A stretch of DNA of 64,000 nt, taken from assembly GCF_030684315.1 (NCBI RefSeq), contig NC_081387.1, forward strand, positions 1,054,001-1,118,000, written 5' to 3'. Every line of letters starts with the position of its first letter. Positions within the stretch are counted from its first letter, which is position 1. Shown here piece after piece: positions 60,991 to 64,000 of the stretch. The position numbers and the translations under genes were made by a program. A model generated the notes under the pieces. The model was not told the DNA's origin. It saw only the letters and a program-made list of their open reading frames with translations, and made no database searches. The stretch comes from Stegostoma tigrinum. Lineage: Eukaryota.

Positions 60991-62959
60991 TGGGTTCTTG
61001 TCTCTGCCGATCTGACCAATCATTAATCTCCTGTCACCTATTATCTTCCTCCTCACTGTCAACCACCTTTGTGTTGTCTGCAAACTAACTCATTTTTGAG
61101 ACAGTACTTTGTCTTTAAGAGGTGTACTTTGTCCTTTTTTTTAAATGAAGAGTTGTTGAGATAGGATAGTTAAGTAGGTATATGGGATTCTTGTCTTTAT
61201 CAGTCAGGACATAGATTATAGGAATAGGAAGGTTGTGTTCGAGTGTCAGAATTTTGGTGAGGCCACAAAACAAAAACAGAAGTTCCCCTAACAGAAGTCC
61301 CTTACTCAAGAAGAATGTTTTTTCTACTGGCTTCATACTCAACGGACATATTCAAGAACTTTGCTCCCACCATTGTTTCAGGAAGAGAGTTCTAAACATG
61401 CATGGCCCTCAGATGGGAAATTTTGCCTTATCTATGTTTTGAATGGGCAAGTACTTATTTTTAAACAGCGGCTCCCTATTTCTAGATTCTCCCACATTGG
61501 GAACATCCTCCCTGCATCTACTTTCTCCAGACCCTGCTGTGTTCATCCAGCTCCACACTTTTTGATAAGTGATCCACGACCATTTGTGGAAGAGAGTTCC
61601 AAACCTCTCCCACCATTTTTGTGTATAGAAATGCTTCCTAACATCTCTCCTGAGCAGTCTCGCGCTAAATATCTGACTGTGCTGTCAGTTCAAGAATCCC
61701 CTACCAATGGAAATGGTTTATCTTTATCACACCTGTTTTATCTAAACTATCTTTTCCTGTTAATATCTTGAAGACTTTCATTGGATTGCCTCTTCAATTT
61801 CTAAATATTGGAAAAAACAAGCCTAATTTGATTTAATTTATTTGTTGTCACGTGTATCAAGTTACAAATTACAGTGAAGAATGTTGTACAGTGTCGCCAT
61901 TCACTGGCCCCATCTTAACCCAAACTCTAGAATATAAAGGCAGAATAAAAATAAAAAAGAATTGAAGTTCAACTTTACAGACCTGCTTGTTAAGTGTACA
62001 GCCATTGGCCTGGAGGGGCTAGCCACGAGTCTCCTCACTTGGCTGCCCAAACAAGAGTTGCCACTCTCTAGTATCATCTCGTCTCCTCCAACTCTGCCAC
62101 CACCATGAGCCCTCACTGGACCTTGCCAATGCAGCTGCCACTAATGCCGCCAGGTCCTGCACTCTACTGTGCCGCAGCCATGAGTTATCTCCGGGCCTCC
62201 CTCGCCACTACAGCCACTGCCGTGTCTGTGGGTCTCGGACTGGGCCCAAACTCATCTCCACTGCCACCTCCATAAAACTGTGCTGGACAAAGATGCTGCA
62301 GGAGGATCCAAACTCACCTCCACCACAACAGCCATCCGTCAGCGCTGGGCCCACCCCGTATAACCTCTGCTCATAACTCAGCACCCTGAAGTTCAGGTAT
62401 TGTCTTGAGAACATACCTTGTACTTTCTCCAAAGCTACCATATCCTGTCTGAACTACTTTCAACGTATCTACATACCTCCCCTAACAAAGTGAGCCATAC
62501 TGTGTACAGTATTCCAGAAGTGGTCTACCCAGTGCCCTGTCTATTTGGAGCATAATCCACAGGAATACTATTGTATTCAGTTCCCTTCACAGTAAGTGAT
62601 TACATTCAATGGGCTTTTGTACTAGACCTACACACCAACATTCAGTGCTTCAGCACAACGACATGCTGCAATCTCTCACCGTTTACATACTGTACTCTCT
62701 ATTTACTCTTCCTGCCAAAATGGACAATCGCACATTTTCCCACATTTTGATCCTGTTCCCTCCTATTACTGATTTACAGTGATATTTATGATGTTATTTG
62801 TGTCCTGTGTTGTGAAAACAGGTACAAAATAGGAAGAAAATATGGAGGAAGAAACATTTTGAAATTGAAATGCTTGCCGGACCTGCTGAGCTTCTCCAGT
62901 GTTGTCCGTTTTCAAACACTTCACTTCAAAATGTCTATTCAGTTCATCTGCTTTCTCTT

Positions 62960-63735
62960 TAATTAGGAATCTGGAAGTTCTGATAAAGCACCCGGAGTGG
63001 ATACACTCTACCCAGAGTTCTGAAGGAGATAGTTAAGGAGATTTTAGAGGCATTGTCAGTGATCTTTCAGAAATCAATCAAGGAGGGTTCCAGAGGACTA
63101 GGAAATGGGCAAATGTAACACCCCAGCCTAAGAAGGAAGGGAGGCAGAAGACCGGAAACTATCGGCTAGTTAGCCTGACTTTAGTCATTAGTGAGGTTTC
63201 AGAATCCATTAGAAAAGATGAGATTGCTGAGCACTTGGAAGTGCATGATAAAACTGGGCTGAGTCTGCCTGGATTCATCAAAAGGACACCATGAAAAACA
63301 AATATGTTAGAATTCCCTGAGCAGGTAACAAGGAAGTTAGACAAAGGACAGCGAGTGGAAATGATCTATTTGTATTTCCAGAAGGCATTTGATAATGAAT
63401 AAGATATCAGCTCATGGTGTTAGGGGCAAGGTACTGGTATGGATAGAGGATTGGCTGACTGGCAGAAGGCAGGGAATGGGGATAAGGGGATCTTTTTCAG
63501 GATTGCAGCCAGTGACCAGTGGAGTTCCACAGGAGTTAATGTTGAGTTCATAAGTATTCACACCATTATATTATTAGTCTGGATGAGTGAACTACGGCAC
63601 TGTAGCTATGTTTGGTGATGATACAAAGATGGACACAGTGACAGGTAGTTGAGGAAGCAGGGACGCTGCTGAAGGACTTGGACAGGCGAGGAGAGAGGAT
63701 AAAGCTGTGGTAGATGGAATACAATGTGGGAAGGT
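62960..63735 (+). mobile_element. Degenerate CR1-like LINE RT fragment
   Basis: GNYRLVSLT, IYLYFQKAFD, VTSGVPQ, FGDDTK relics. Confidence 0.75.
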
Positions 63736-64000
63736 TTTCTTTTTATTCATTCACGCATTGCAGGCATTGCTGGCCAGGCCAGGCAACATTTATTGCCCAT
63801 CCCTAATTGCCCAGAGGCTAGTAAAGAATCAACCACCTTGTTGTGGGTCTGGAGTCACAGGTAGGCCAGACCAGGTAAGGATGGCAGTCTCCTTCCCTAA
63901 AGGACATCAGTGAACCAGGTGGGTTTTCCCGACAATTGGCAATGGATTCACAGTCATCATTAGACTCTTAATTCCAGACATTTTATTGAATTCAAATTCC
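63736..64000 (-). mobile_element. SINE 3' part (same family as 7385-7740), cut by the window edge
   Basis: Direct similarity to 7385-7640. Confidence 0.75.

Overview
Eukaryotic (vertebrate) genomic DNA. The repeat families and the protein sequence point to a cartilaginous fish, probably a carpet shark; the species is inferred. The main gene is a multi-exon classical MHC class I heavy-chain gene (UAA-like) on the minus strand, about 26.4-55.1 kb. Its exons are leader 55092-55140, alpha1 44826-45085, alpha2 44352-44624, alpha3 34747-35010, TM 29470-29571, cytoplasmic 28639-28671 and 28326-28374, plus a 3'UTR exon from 26856. All introns are GT-AG, all coding-exon junctions are phase 1, and an ISRE-S-X-Y promoter is clearly recognisable. 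As assembled, alpha1 carries a 1-nt deletion in a G-run that causes a premature stop. The two peptide-binding exons sit in a short CpG-rich block between an 8.7-kb GC-rich satellite and a 6.4-kb 32-bp satellite. Two further S-X-Y-like modules lie in inverted orientation at about 14.1 kb and 21.0 kb, resembling distal enhancers. The rest is mostly retroelements: Penelope-like elements (RT + GIY-YIG) inserted as asymmetric fold-backs with TSDs and carrying minimal hammerhead-ribozyme motifs, CR1/L2 and Tx1-like LINE fragments, tRNA-derived SINEs, an ERV-like relic and several minisatellites. The very long ORFs in the track are repeat artefacts.
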